A DNA stretch of 64,000 bases from Podarcis filfolensis (lineage: Eukaryota), in the NCBI GenBank assembly GCA_964270895.1, contig OZ185437.1, one strand, 5' to 3'. Shown one piece after another: positions 22,600 to 34,110 of this stretch (its first letter is position 1; every line of letters starts with the position of its first letter). The notes under the pieces are model-generated. The model was not told the origin of the DNA and made no database searches. It worked only from the letters and a program-made list of their open reading frames with translations. The position numbers and the translations under genes are program-made.

Positions 22600-23890
22600 G
22601 AGAGGGAAGAAAGCAGCCGCGAACAACGCCAGTAGGGCAGCCCCAACAGGAATTCCCGGGATTGCTCCTGCCTAGACAGGGAATTCCACCAGCGCGGGGG
22701 AGGGGAAACTCCTAGGAGTGACTCTTTACTTCACGCTTACTTCCGGGTTTCTGCTCACCCGCATGCGCAGAGCCTTATCTGCCTCACCCCGGACTCAATC
22801 TCTTCAGACCGTACCATTAGCAGATCATGGTGCGGGGGGTGCCCGGTCTTTCCCCAACCACTCTTCTCGAGCTTATTCGCCCCTGGAAGCTTTCCGCTTT
22901 AAAGGTGTGGTAACACTAGCCTTCGCTTCAGCTCCCCGTTTCGGCTTTGGCCTCCCCACCCGTCCCCGGCAGCCCCCCACCCATTTCCGGACGTTGGTAC
23001 ACTCCTCTCCCAGCAGATCCTGTGGCCGGGCAAGACCACCTCACTCGCCCCGAGGGGGAGGAGCCGAGGGCATTGTTGGGTCAGGGGGCGCGCGCCGCCC
23101 GCGGGGCTAGCGTGTTGCGGGCCCGTCACAACCCCCCGGCAGCCGCCGCCCGCCGCTCAGTGTCACCTCAAGCACCACAGGGCGCGGCCGCCTCCTTTTC
23201 CGCCGCCGCCGCCGCCTTCGCTTCAGCTACCCACCCGCCCCGCCGCTGCCGCCGCAGTGGTAGCGCCCGACTCCAGCTGACCGGCCTGGAATCCCGGCTT
23301 CGAGCCCCGGCCTGGACCCTCCGCCTGGAGCTGCCCCTTCCTTCTTCCCTCGGCCCCGGCCCTGAGATCCGCCGCTGCTGCTGCTGCGGCCGCCAACGCC
23401 GCCGCCGCCGCCATGGGAGACGCCGGCAGCGAGCGCAGCAAAGCCCCCAGCTTGCCGCCCCGCTGCCCCTGCGGCTTCTGGGGGTGAGTACGTGGTCGGG
23501 GAGGGCAGCGGGCAAAAGGGGCCAGGCCTGGCCGGGGCTGACGGGCTGGGGTCTCTCCGGTCCCGAGGGCCTGGGTGGGTAGGTGGGTGGGGAGGCCAGG
23601 CCGGAGGGGAAGGGCTCGGGGAGGGGAGCCCCTGTTTCTTGGGGAGGTCGGGCGCCCTCTTTCCACTCCCTTTCCCCTACTGGAGGAAGAGGAGGGCGGC
23701 CCTTCTCCTCCTCCTCCTCCTGTCACTGGGATCCCTTCCCGAGGCCTGTGACTGCCTCGGCTGCATCACAGTGGCGGGGGAAGCCGGGGGCTTGAAGGCC
23801 TAGTCGCACTTCCTGCCAAGCGGGGGTGGGGGCTGGGTGACGAAGAAAACCCACGATTTATTTCATTCTTCGCTCCTCTCTCTACGGCGG
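22600..23890. promoter_or_regulatory. ZFAND3: CpG island / ZFAND3 promoter and 5'UTR, possibly bidirectional
   Basis: Abrupt GC- and CpG-rich block; ETS motif ACTTCCGG (22739-22746), NRF1-like CGCATGCGCA (22760-22769), GC boxes, (GCC)n/(GCT)n 5'UTR. The TSS cannot be determined from sequence. Confidence 0.85.
23413..23483 (+). CDS. ZFAND3: AN1-type zinc finger protein 3, first coding exon (start of the N-terminal A20-like zinc finger)
   Basis: Optimal Kozak GCCGCCATGG; translates MGDAGSERSKAPSLPPRCPCGFW+GG, which I recognise as the ZFAND3 N-terminus; 71 nt ending at donor GG|GTGAGT (phase 2). Not in the ORF track because it is a short exon. Confidence 0.95.
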
Positions 23891-24707
23891 TTTGATCTCT
23901 AAGCTGTTTTCCCTGTTTTCCCCTCATCTCCTACTCCTTTCCTGCTTTTTTTTTTTTTAAGCGTGTGCCATGTAATTTTAATTCTCAGGTATCGCAGTGT
24001 GTCAACTTTACTCTTATATACTCCTCCCCGCCGCTCCAGGTGTGACATCTATGTGTGGTCTTCCTCGTTGGGGATAAGAAATGGCAAGACAACTTTCCAA
24101 AAGGGTGTGGCTTTTAAGTCCTTGCTTCCAACTCTTCTCACATCTGCTTCTCCCATTGCCCAAAGTTAACGAGAACCTTTGTTCCAGTTTTGTGACTTTC
24201 AGAGGAATAATACTGTAATGGCACAAGCTGTGTGGCGCAGTGTCATCAGATCCAAAGGAACTCTTCCTTCCTTTTTGGGGTTAAAGGCAAAAGTGGTAAT
24301 CTTGCCTGTGAGGAGCTTGTAGGCCACTCCTGTATAAAGGTTATTCCTTTTGGCCTATGTAAAACTAGGATAGCCATGCTAATGCTTGTGGTGGTGATCT
24401 TGATTTCTAGTTTGTTTTTTTGCTTTTTTAAAAAAGGAACATGGTTTCTGAGGTTAGCTGTAGATTGTCTGAATTAGGAGTTATGGACTAAAGCAGGAAT
24501 GGCAAAACTATGGCTCTCCACATGTTGTTGGGCTAAAATTCCCATTGCCCTTGATCATTGGACATGCTGCCAGGAGTTTGGTGTACAAGAACTGGATGGC
24601 CACAGTTTTCCACTCACTGCAATAGAGGCATCCTGCAAAAGGAGAAGATTGAATAAAAGACTTGGTTGACTTAGTTATGTGCGTTGACAATAATTTACAT
24701 CGTATAG

Positions 24708-24842
24708 CAGTGATGGCCAAACTTGGCCCTCCAGCCGTTTTGGGCTACAACTCCCACCATCCCTAGCTAACAGCACCAGTGGTCAGGGATGGTGGGAATT
24801 GTAGTCCCAAAACAGCTGGAGGGCCAAGTTTGGCCATCACTG
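24708..24842. mobile_element. Palindromic hAT-type MITE (same family as 11075-11210)
   Basis: CAGTGATGGCCAAACTTGGCCCTCCAGC... / ...GCTGGAGGGCCAAGTTTGGCCATCACTG; no clean 8-bp TSD. Confidence 0.85.
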
Positions 24843-25317
24843 GATAGCCTGTCTGAAGTCAGGCTGTACATATAATGTTAATTATGACAGATATAAATAC
24901 CATGTGTGTATATGTGAATTCAATAAAGCATTGTATATTTGAGTGAAATTTATAGTCTATTCTGCCTTAAGCATGTTAATGAAGATAATGAAGGAGTTGA
25001 GTGTTTCACTCAGCATTTGAATATTGCTAAGCTTTCTGAGCTTGGTGTTTTGTTTGTGTCAGTAGCCATTCAACCTGAATCAAAGCATTGGTACAATCAT
25101 TTTTAATGTTGCCTATTGATATACCTCAAATAACATACATTTGTCTAGGACAGGTAGTAAACATGAATGTGGGTGTATAGCTTGAGAGAATGTAGTGCCT
25201 TAAACATGGCGCCTTCAAGAAAACATGCTCTTCAGTGAAGGGATATGTGTAACAAAAACTTACACTAAATAAATCAGAGGAAATCTCGGCAGCTGTCAGG
25301 CTTACTGTACCCAAATA

Positions 25318-25532
25318 CAGTGGTACCTCGAGTTAAGAACTTAATTTGTTCCGGAGGTCCGTTCTTAACCTGGAACTGCTCTTAACCCAAGGTACCACTT
25401 TAGCTAATGGGGCCTCCCGCTGCTGCCGCGCAGTTTCTTTTTTCATTCTGAAGCAAAGTTCTTAACCCGAGGTACTATTTCTGGGTTAGTGGAGTCTGTA
25501 ACCTGAAGCGTCTGTAACCTGAGGTACCACTG
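25318..25532. mobile_element. Tigger-like MITE family 1, reverse orientation
   Basis: TA-flanked CAGTGGTACCTC TIRs; internal sequence is the reverse complement of 20692-20906. Confidence 0.92.
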
Positions 25533-27173
25533 TAACCTTAAAAGCTGGTTGTCAGGTTTTTAAATAATTTGGCAAATTGCAAGATTTAGGCATGTTTATT
25601 TTATTTTAAAAACTTGGAGGTCCTTTAATATATACTTCTTTAATCAGTATGCAGTGGTCACTTGCGCTATACACATAAGAATGGAAGAATAATTGCTTGT
25701 TTTTCGCACCCCCCTTTAACTTTGCCCTTCATAGTTCCTTCACCTTTTATCCCAAAATTTTGAATCATGCGGTCTTTGCTTTTATTTTAATGTTCTTTCA
25801 GTTTGCGTTGTTTAACATACAGAAGAAGGGCAATATCAATTGGTTGCATTGCCATGGAGTGCATATGTTAAATTTGGACAAGCTTTATATTTTTAAGTTA
25901 ACATAACTCTTCATATGGATACAAACTAGTTTTAGCAACCAGAAGTCTTCTCCCAACCACTTTTGCTTTAAACCTTGCACAATAAGTAATAAAGAGAACC
26001 CAAACAGTAGCCAACAGCAGTGCATTTTTATTTGATGACCATTTAACTTCCCAAAATCATCTCCAGCAGTATGGTGGCCTACATGTTTGCTTTTCCTTTT
26101 GCGACTATCTCATTGCGAAAGTTTCAGTTACTTTCTTCGCATCCAGCTTAATATCTGATACGTTCAGGAACACATTAAAGTGCCTGTATACAGGCTGAGG
26201 TTCCCACACAGTTGTGTGCAAACCTGAAGTGGCAAGCTACATTATAAACTGGTCATTCATCAGTGGGAACTTCAAGGCATCCTCCAATTCCATGTGCACT
26301 TCTTCCTGCATACTGTTTGATAGTATTTCACCTGTATTTTAATGTTCCTGCATCCATTTATTAATAGCAGTGTTGAATAGTGATATTCTTGTAGAGGTAC
26401 TGTTGGAGATTCATACTTCAACATTAATAATAAGTAAAATTATTATTGGATTTTCTCTAGTTTGTATATACCTGTTTTATGGTAGCATTGTTGGCCATTT
26501 TCTCCCCCCACGCACACAGACTATGTGAAACTTCTGTAGGACCTCATCAAGTCTTGCTGAAGTGGTCATATATAGTAGTAGTAATAATAATAAGTGTTCT
26601 GTTTTTCCCTTCAGTTAGCTGCATGATTTTTGCAGAGGCATTGGCTAGGTGGCTTTTTTGCTACTTGATCCATCTCAGCGAAGTGCTTCCTGTGTTTCTT
26701 GTATTTATTTATTGTATGTTTACTATTTATATTCTCCACACCCTCCTCCGCCTTCTATGGTGGTTAACTGTCAGGAGAGTTCTGAAAGTAAAAACAAATA
26801 GCTTCAGGGTCTAGACATCCAGGGCAATACTGAAATGAATGTTTAAACTAGTGCAAGGATTAACATTAGTGCAGCAGGACTTGCCCTCCCCCCCCTTGCC
26901 CCCTGTCCCCAGATTTGCTTTGGGGGTTGGGAGAACCCGTAGAGCGGATTAGGGGTGTCTGCTAGAGGAAAGGGGGGATGTTCCATCACAGAAGAACTTC
27001 ATTCTTCTCAGCACTATGTTGACAACAACCCTTTTTTCCATATCAGAATCTTAGAACTTTGAATCATTCAAAATGATATAACAACCACTTTTATCTACTA
27101 CCACTTTCTTGAAACCCTCACTGGCATCCTTATTTGACTTTTAAACCTCTTTAGCTTAATCTTTACAGTTGTA

Positions 27174-27393
27174 CAGTGGTACCTCGGGTTACAGATGCTT
27201 CAGGTTACAAACGCTTCAGGTAACAGACTCCGCTAACCCAGAAATAGTACCTCGGGTTAAGAACCTTGATTCAGGATGAGAACAGAAATGGCACGGCGGC
27301 AGCGGGAGGCCCCATTAGCTAAAGTGGTACTTCAGGTTAAGAACAGTTTCAGGTTAAGAACGAACCTCCAGAATGAATTAAGTTCTTACACTG
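27174..27393. mobile_element. Tigger-like MITE family 1, forward orientation, right TIR partly deleted
   Basis: Left TIR intact; right end AAGTTCTTA|CACTG-TA lacks about 11 nt relative to the other copies. Confidence 0.9.
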
Positions 27394-29479
27394 TACCTCC
27401 CTTTGCAATAAAGAAAATGGCGAGCAATTTGTTTTGTCTTTTAAGGGCTTGCCTTCCTTTTTAAGCACAATTAACACTGTTTCTGTTGTCTGTTAACTGT
27501 TTAATCCTATGCATGATTACTCAGAAGTTATTCTCACTGTGTTCATTCATTCACACTCTTGTAAGTGTTTAGGATTGTAGCCTAAGACTATTGCCCAAAT
27601 TACCACTCATCTCACAATTTGGTTGGCTGAATGCCACCTTTAGCTGAACTGAGGAATGCTGACGGTCAGGCATCAAGACCACATACTTACTGTCTACCTA
27701 GGTTTTGAAAATACTCAAAGTGAGTTCTGTTTATCAATAGTATCTCTCAGGATGCATACTTTAAAAGGGAATGCTTAAGGAGTGGGGAGAAACTTCCAAG
27801 TAAGACCAGATACCTTTAATTGCTCAGATTTCTGAGACTGGCTTGTTTACTTGTGTGTTTCTGAGGACTTAAGACAGAGCACAATCTCTCTTGGCACTTA
27901 TTGCAGGGCCTATGCCTGTTTTCAAACTAAGCCAAGCCCCAGAATAGCATAGTTCCAGCTATATAAACATGCTTTTCCTGTGGTACATGGCATGGCTGCC
28001 GTATTTCAAGACTGGCAACATAGCCAAGCTAGCATCTGAGGAAGAAAACAAAATTTGGACAGTCCTAAATTCTAGGGGGGAGAGTTTACTGAAGTATCCC
28101 TCTAAACAAACACCAAGTTCAAAACACGTTTGAGACAAGTGGAGCATGTTCATCTAAAAGACATATTCAGACTTGTACTTGAATTGTTCACTCTCATTTT
28201 TCTGTGTGCACGTGTCTGCTTGCCTGATTGCCTTTTCACCAACTTGGTTGTCAGCAGTGGACATTTTTCTTAAGCCTGGATTGCATATCCAAAGGTATTT
28301 TCAAAAGTACTCCTGTATTTACTTGTAGAGCATGGGATGTGTTTTCAGCAATCAAAAGGAGTGAGAAAAGGCTTGTGGGCTTGGCATTTGCATTGAGGTT
28401 TTTGTCTTGAAGACTTCTTAAATTCTTTTCCAAGCAATTAGTATATTTCAGGACACTTTGAGTTAACTTTCTGAATCTAGCTTTTGTTTCACGAAGAAAA
28501 AACAGTTTATTTAGTCTTGAATATGAAAAGACTGTTGTTGCATTTGATGATGCAACTGAAATTCTTGGTAATGTTTGGGTCTAGTACCTGCCAAAGGTTA
28601 CTCTTTGTAGGGCAACACAGTGGTATTGTAAGGGAAATGCTTAAAGGCACACAAACAAATAGGTCTTGCATGCAGAAGTATTTACTCTTGCTTTTTGTAC
28701 TATGTCTTAATTTGGAATACATTTTAATTGTATTGGTTTTTAAAGTTTCTGAAATGTATCTGTGAAAGTAGTATGAGTTGTTCCCGTGCTGCCTCAAAAG
28801 AAACATTTTAAATAGTCAACATAAAACAAAAAACATTTTGGTTGCAGTTAGTGGAGGAAACTCTAGTGCAGTTATTTTGGCAACTGAAGTACTACCATTT
28901 TAGTACTACTGTAATGGTGGCATTACAGAAGATGAGAGGGAAGAGAACAAATGTTTCTCCTGTTACAAATTGTGGCTCACTTTTGTTTGAATGGCATGGT
29001 GAAGCTGTTTTGTACTTGGACATGGAAGGTCACTGGGTAACCTGTAGCCCTGGGAATGTCCCAGAGGTCTAAGGTCGGGCTATTGAATTTGAGCATATCT
29101 GGAAACAACTGCTTCCTGAATAGCTTATTTCTCTTTCATGCAAGAAATTTTATTTAGAAGAAGGTTTAGAAGATTGTTAACTCTTGTGAATGGCCTAGCA
29201 GAATATCAGATATTTGTATTGCATCTGAAACTTAGGGCTCAGCTGAACCAGATCCATGTGTCGCCCAACCAGCTATGTTGGTAATCAAGTTACATAGAAT
29301 AAGGGTTCTTTTTCTGAATTTAAAAATAAGCATATAATTGACAGTGTTCTGTAAAAAAATATTAATGCAGGAATCTGCAAACTGTGGTTGTACTTTGTAG
29401 CAGGCCAATGTTTTATATCTCTCGTGAGAAAGGTGTGGGGTCTTGTATGTGACATCATACTCGGGTTTGGAGATGCTTC

Positions 29480-30070
29480 TAATCCTAGCGGAACTACAGA
29501 GTCAAGACTCCATCCAGTTCCAAGCTTCCGCTTTCTGAGGCTGTGTAATATTGGAAAGAGCTCTGTCCTTCTTCAGGCTCTGGAGAAGAGTAGAGCTCTT
29601 AACAATAAAAATACTTGCTTGGCAAGCCCGTGAACATCCTACCATTGAAGTTTCCGTGTGGATGTTACTTAAATCTACAAATTTGGGCAAGTCAAGTGGT
29701 CCATTGTCCTCCAATTCAGGATTAAGGAGTAGTAAATTTATATCAGTGTACAAGACTATTCTTGATGTGTGAAACCAGAAGAAACGTTTGGTGGAAACTA
29801 TCTGATGCCCTTGAATTCTTGGGATGGCAGTTCTTGAACATTCCCATCCTCCCTGGAGTCCCCAGTGCTCCATGAAAATTTGTGTTAGAGTTGACAAGAC
29901 TCTCCAGGACCGGGTAGATGGCATCGTGAGACATCAGAAAATACCCAATGTTTGAGCTGAGTAGGCCTCTTAGGGATAAGTGTGAGATTGGTGCTACCAC
30001 TGAAAAGGATCTGATCTTTGTGGATACAGGCCACACTTCACTCCGCAAGGAAGCACAGAGCATGATCTTA
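29480..30070 (-). mobile_element. Probable ancient DIRS-type retrotransposon tyrosine-recombinase relic
   Basis: Minus-strand ORF 29502-29924 contains SWRVLSTLTQ (cf. SWDLNLVLSALT) and RIQGHQIVSTKRFFWFHTSRIVLYTD...LDLPKF (cf. RVSELQALS...FH..RVVLRTD...IVLPSF). Similarity judged from memory. Confidence 0.45.
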
Positions 30071-30565
30071 GATGTTGAACTGACACCTAGCATAGTTAAA
30101 ATGAATGAAAGAAAAACAGCATAACAATCATTGAATGAATAACAATCATTGCAGTGATACATTTTTTGGCAGTTTGTTGTGGAGACATTCCTCTGTTTTC
30201 TAAACAAGATTCAATAAGAATCTGCTGGAAAACTAGGTTCGCCATTTGGGACTGCAGCTGTTCCTTCACTGAAGTTTTGGGTGCTTGTACTTTATAATAT
30301 TGTTTCCATTTCTGTTTGTCCTTACAGAATCAAGTATATTGTGTGCTTTGTTTTGCTTTAACTGGAGTAGAATTGTCCTCTTTCGACATCCAAATGAGAC
30401 TGGAATAGGCAATTGAATTTATTTGTACCTTTGAGTAAATGGAACTAGTATAGTGGTGAAGAATATGAACTGGGAAGTACCTTCTTTTGAAATGCGTAGT
30501 TTGCATGCAAGCTGTAGTTCTCATTTGATTTAATCAATTATTCACCTCACTAGGTAGCCTTAGGC

Positions 30566-30700
30566 CAGCTTTTTCCAACTTGGTGCCCTCCAGATGTTTT
30601 TAGTTACAACTCCCACACCTTTAGTCAGAATGACTAATGGTCAGGGAAGATGGTAGCTGTAGCCCATAATATCCTGAGAGCACTGGTTTAAGGAAGGCTG
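30566..30700. mobile_element. Degenerate palindromic hAT MITE
   Basis: GCCCTCCAGATGTTTTTAGTTACAACTCCCA core; flanks CCTTAGGC / CCTCAGGA (6/8). Confidence 0.6.
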
Positions 30701-31389
30701 CCTCAGGAAAACCATTATCTCTCTGATGGTCTCCACTGCAATATGGATGTAATATGGACCTACTGTTCAGGGTTACCTTAAGGTTTACAGAGTGGATGTG
30801 TCGAAAGTTCTTTGAACATTCTAAAGTTGTTTTTAAGGTTTCTGATTTCTAAGTTTGGATTAGTTGGGAAAGCTACTACACTTGGCAGATTAGCAAAATG
30901 TGTGTGCAGTCTGTAGGTTGATAGGAAACTTGTAAAGTATAAAATTGGGCTATTGGTAAGGATTTGAAAATTTGGAGCCAAGATAGAGATGTGAACAAGA
31001 AAAAATGAGTAGTCAGAAGAACGTTTGCTGACTGCTACAGACCAACCTGGAGCTGTGGAATGATGTTTATTTTAGCTATAGCCAAATTTTGAAGTTATTG
31101 GGTTCTTAATGTTTACACACAATTTGCTAATCATAATTTATAACAACAGATTGTGAACTAGTAGCAATAATGATATAACTTGCTAGTAGTGTTCTGCTGC
31201 TTAATTTTTCTCAAATCATTCCAACTGGGATACTCCAAGGAATCAGAAAAACTAGGGAAAAGATGACCAAATCATATGCATACTTAGTTTGTCAGCAATT
31301 CCTGTATAGAGGAACTTACACTTGAGTAAGTATGAAGCGGATTGATCAGCAAGACCCGACTGACACCCAGGAATAAGCTACTTTAGGGC

Positions 31390-32175
31390 AGACCAGAAGA
31401 GAAAATTGTAGAGCATCACTTGTTGCTACCTCTAGCTCCTACCTAAAAGAACCCCAGTGTTTAATCAAGGATTTATAACCCATCCCAGACAACAATAACT
31501 CCTCTGCTAAGCTTTGGATAGCACGCCTGTTCTTGCTTACAGACAGCACCCTAACCTGAAACAGCTGTTTACCATCAAGAGGGCCCAGAAGGAATCAAGC
31601 CCAAGAACCAAATCCTGCAACAAACCTGGGTGTCAATTCCATCCCTACATCTTTATCAATACCATTGCAGGACATGATAATGTTGGGCACAGCACCAGCT
31701 CATTCACCTGCTCATCATAAAATGTAATATTGGTCATCAAATATTACAGTGCTCTTCTGCATTCTGCATAGGACAAACAGGCCAGTCCCTGCATAAATCA
31801 ACGGAAACAAATCTGAGATGGTAGTACTTGAACAAAGGAATTTTAAAAGGATGCTCCAGGGTGAAACTGTTGAATTACAAGATTTTCAGCTCTGTTCATC
31901 TTGTTCTGAATAGAGACAATGACTTCCTTTCCCACTACAGCATTTAGTTAACTCAATATAAACAAGTTGGTTGGTGATAAGACATGCAGGTGTACCTTGC
32001 ATACATAATACATTCCTTCTCAGATTGAATTGTCATTTCCTAGTTTCGCTGCTTGCAACCTCCCCCTTCCATCACCATGTGTGTGCATGCGCACAACTGA
32101 GGATCATACTTCATGGATGTGATAAAGTGGATTCTAGCTTGTGAAATCTTACATCATAATAAAACTGGTTATTCT
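31390..32175 (+). mobile_element. Penelope-like element 3' part: GIY-YIG endonuclease region and pseudo-LTR end
   Basis: PVLAYRQHPNLKQL...CNKPGCQ...SFTCSS*NVI, IGQTGQSL, VVLEQRNFKRMLQGETVELQ, LNRDNDFLSHY; then a decayed hammerhead-like terminus at ~32119-32170. Confidence 0.8.
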
Positions 32176-33959
32176 GTTGATTGAGAGTGACCTGTTATAA
32201 CTGTTAGACATTTAAGTTGGCCACCACTCTTGTACGTGCAGGTAGGACTATTAGGAGTTCTAATAAAATCTTTTCATCTGATCTTCAGTGACAGGATTTC
32301 TCCCGACACAACCCATTATTTGTATATGTGCATTCATTCTCCTCTTCAGGCAAAAATACACTGTAGTCTCCTTGAGCAACTTGTATTGTGCTAATAATCT
32401 AATAGCCAATTTAAAACTAGTTTGCTACCAGTTGAAGATCTTGGTACTTGTCTTTCACCTTGCTTACCTTTTGCTGCACGTGAATTATAAAACTAAATGA
32501 TTATTGATATATTAATTCTTAGAACTGTACTTGCTTGCATAAGCCTATTCACTTGGGGGAAAGTGCCAACCATTTCAAAATTAAGGCTGCTGCTGAAGAA
32601 GTGCTGATATAGTGTGAAAGCTGGGCTTGAATGTGGAGGTGTTGCCTAATGTTAGTGATATTAGCAAACAATCTAAAATGCCACTGGTTCAAAATCTGAG
32701 AAATGTTAGATATTGAGCTGTGAAAGACTTGCTGTGGTGAACTTATTGAATTACAATAATAAGTATGTATAAAAATACATAGCGGCCTGGATTCCAAGTA
32801 TATGATTATTTTTGTATGCCTAAGAGGGCATTCCACAGCAGCCCCTTGTTGCTCAGCAAGCAAGTTGAGATTTGGCTAGTTTGAGAGGTCAGAGTCCTTA
32901 TAGAGACAGTTGCTTATCTATGTTACACAAAAGAATACTAGGCACCATTCTTCTTGTATTTGTCTCAATCTTGGGAGATCAGTTAGATAATGTCCATTTC
33001 ACATGACGCATTGATTGTCAATAATCTTTTCATATGAAAAGGGCATGCTTTCATAAAAAACAATTAGGGAAAATCCAGTAGAACAAGCTTCTACTTGAAC
33101 AACAGGACCTGTCTCTACCCTCCCATGGAGCCTGTAAACTCTGCTTTAGAGGGTTGAGGGACCCTCCTGTGCAGATTTGCAGGGGATGTGGGAAGAAGTA
33201 GAGGAAGGATTTTGCTCGCTGATTGCATTAAGTTTTGCAGTATTTTATATGCAACAAAAATAGGTTTAGCTTGTTTTTCATTTTATCTTAATTCAAAAAG
33301 CAGTTTTTTTGTTGAATTAATACTTGTAAGGGGACTTTATGTAATCCTAAATAAAATGGTATAAATGTTGTTGAATACATTGGGAGTTGTCTTTGGGCAA
33401 ACATACAGCACCGCACTGTTAAAAGCTATGGCATGTTTTTTCTAAGAACTTCGAATAATATGGTTTTGGGGCCTAATATTGAAGGTCATAACAGTTGGAA
33501 TTTAAATCCTACGTATTTGTAGGCCAGTTCTCATGTGTGCGGGAGATTACTGGGAAATGTACTGACTTTTGAGGAGTTCACAATCTGTGCTCATTGTAGG
33601 GGGCTGGCTCCCCATCACAACCACTTGATCTTCTGTCTCATACACCTTTCCTTGTCACTCTGCTGCTATTCTGTGGTCACATTGCTCGTAGTTTTGGTGA
33701 GAGGCTCAGAATACTACAAACACCAGAATAGTCAAATTGAGATGAAACAAGGCAAATAAGTTTATGAATGGATTATATGATTTTCTTCAGAAGGTGTGTG
33801 GTAGACTTTTGGATACAAACTATGAGTAACCTTGTTTGTAGTTCCTTCAAGAGTACTTTAAAGCCCATGAGTTAAGTTCATGTAATCTCTCTTGCAGTGA
33901 TGAGTGTTAGTTTTATCTGAGGATGTTTGTTGTGTAAATTGCTCTCAAATCACTCTTGA

Positions 33960-34110
33960 CTATGAAGGTACCTTCAGTCATACCAGCCAGCCTGCACCTT
34001 ATTATCAACTTCTGAGCGGCCCTGCTTATGTGACTGTCAGTGAGAGTATTCAGGTTGGTGAGCAAGTGCTCTCTCGGTGGTGGCCCCACTTTTGTGGAAC
34101 TCTGCTCCAA
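33960..34110 (+). mobile_element. Old L2 ORF2 3' fragment
   Basis: CATACCAGCCAGCC...CTCTCTCGGTGGTGGCCCCACTTTTGTGGAACTCTGCTCC (YQPA; SVVAP.LWN.LP-like). Confidence 0.55.

Noticed and set aside
22718-23803. Many long overlapping ORFs (up to 211 aa) on both strands
   Set aside because: Low-complexity Ala/Arg/Pro/Gly products expected from CpG-island composition; the real exon is in a different frame and only 71 nt.
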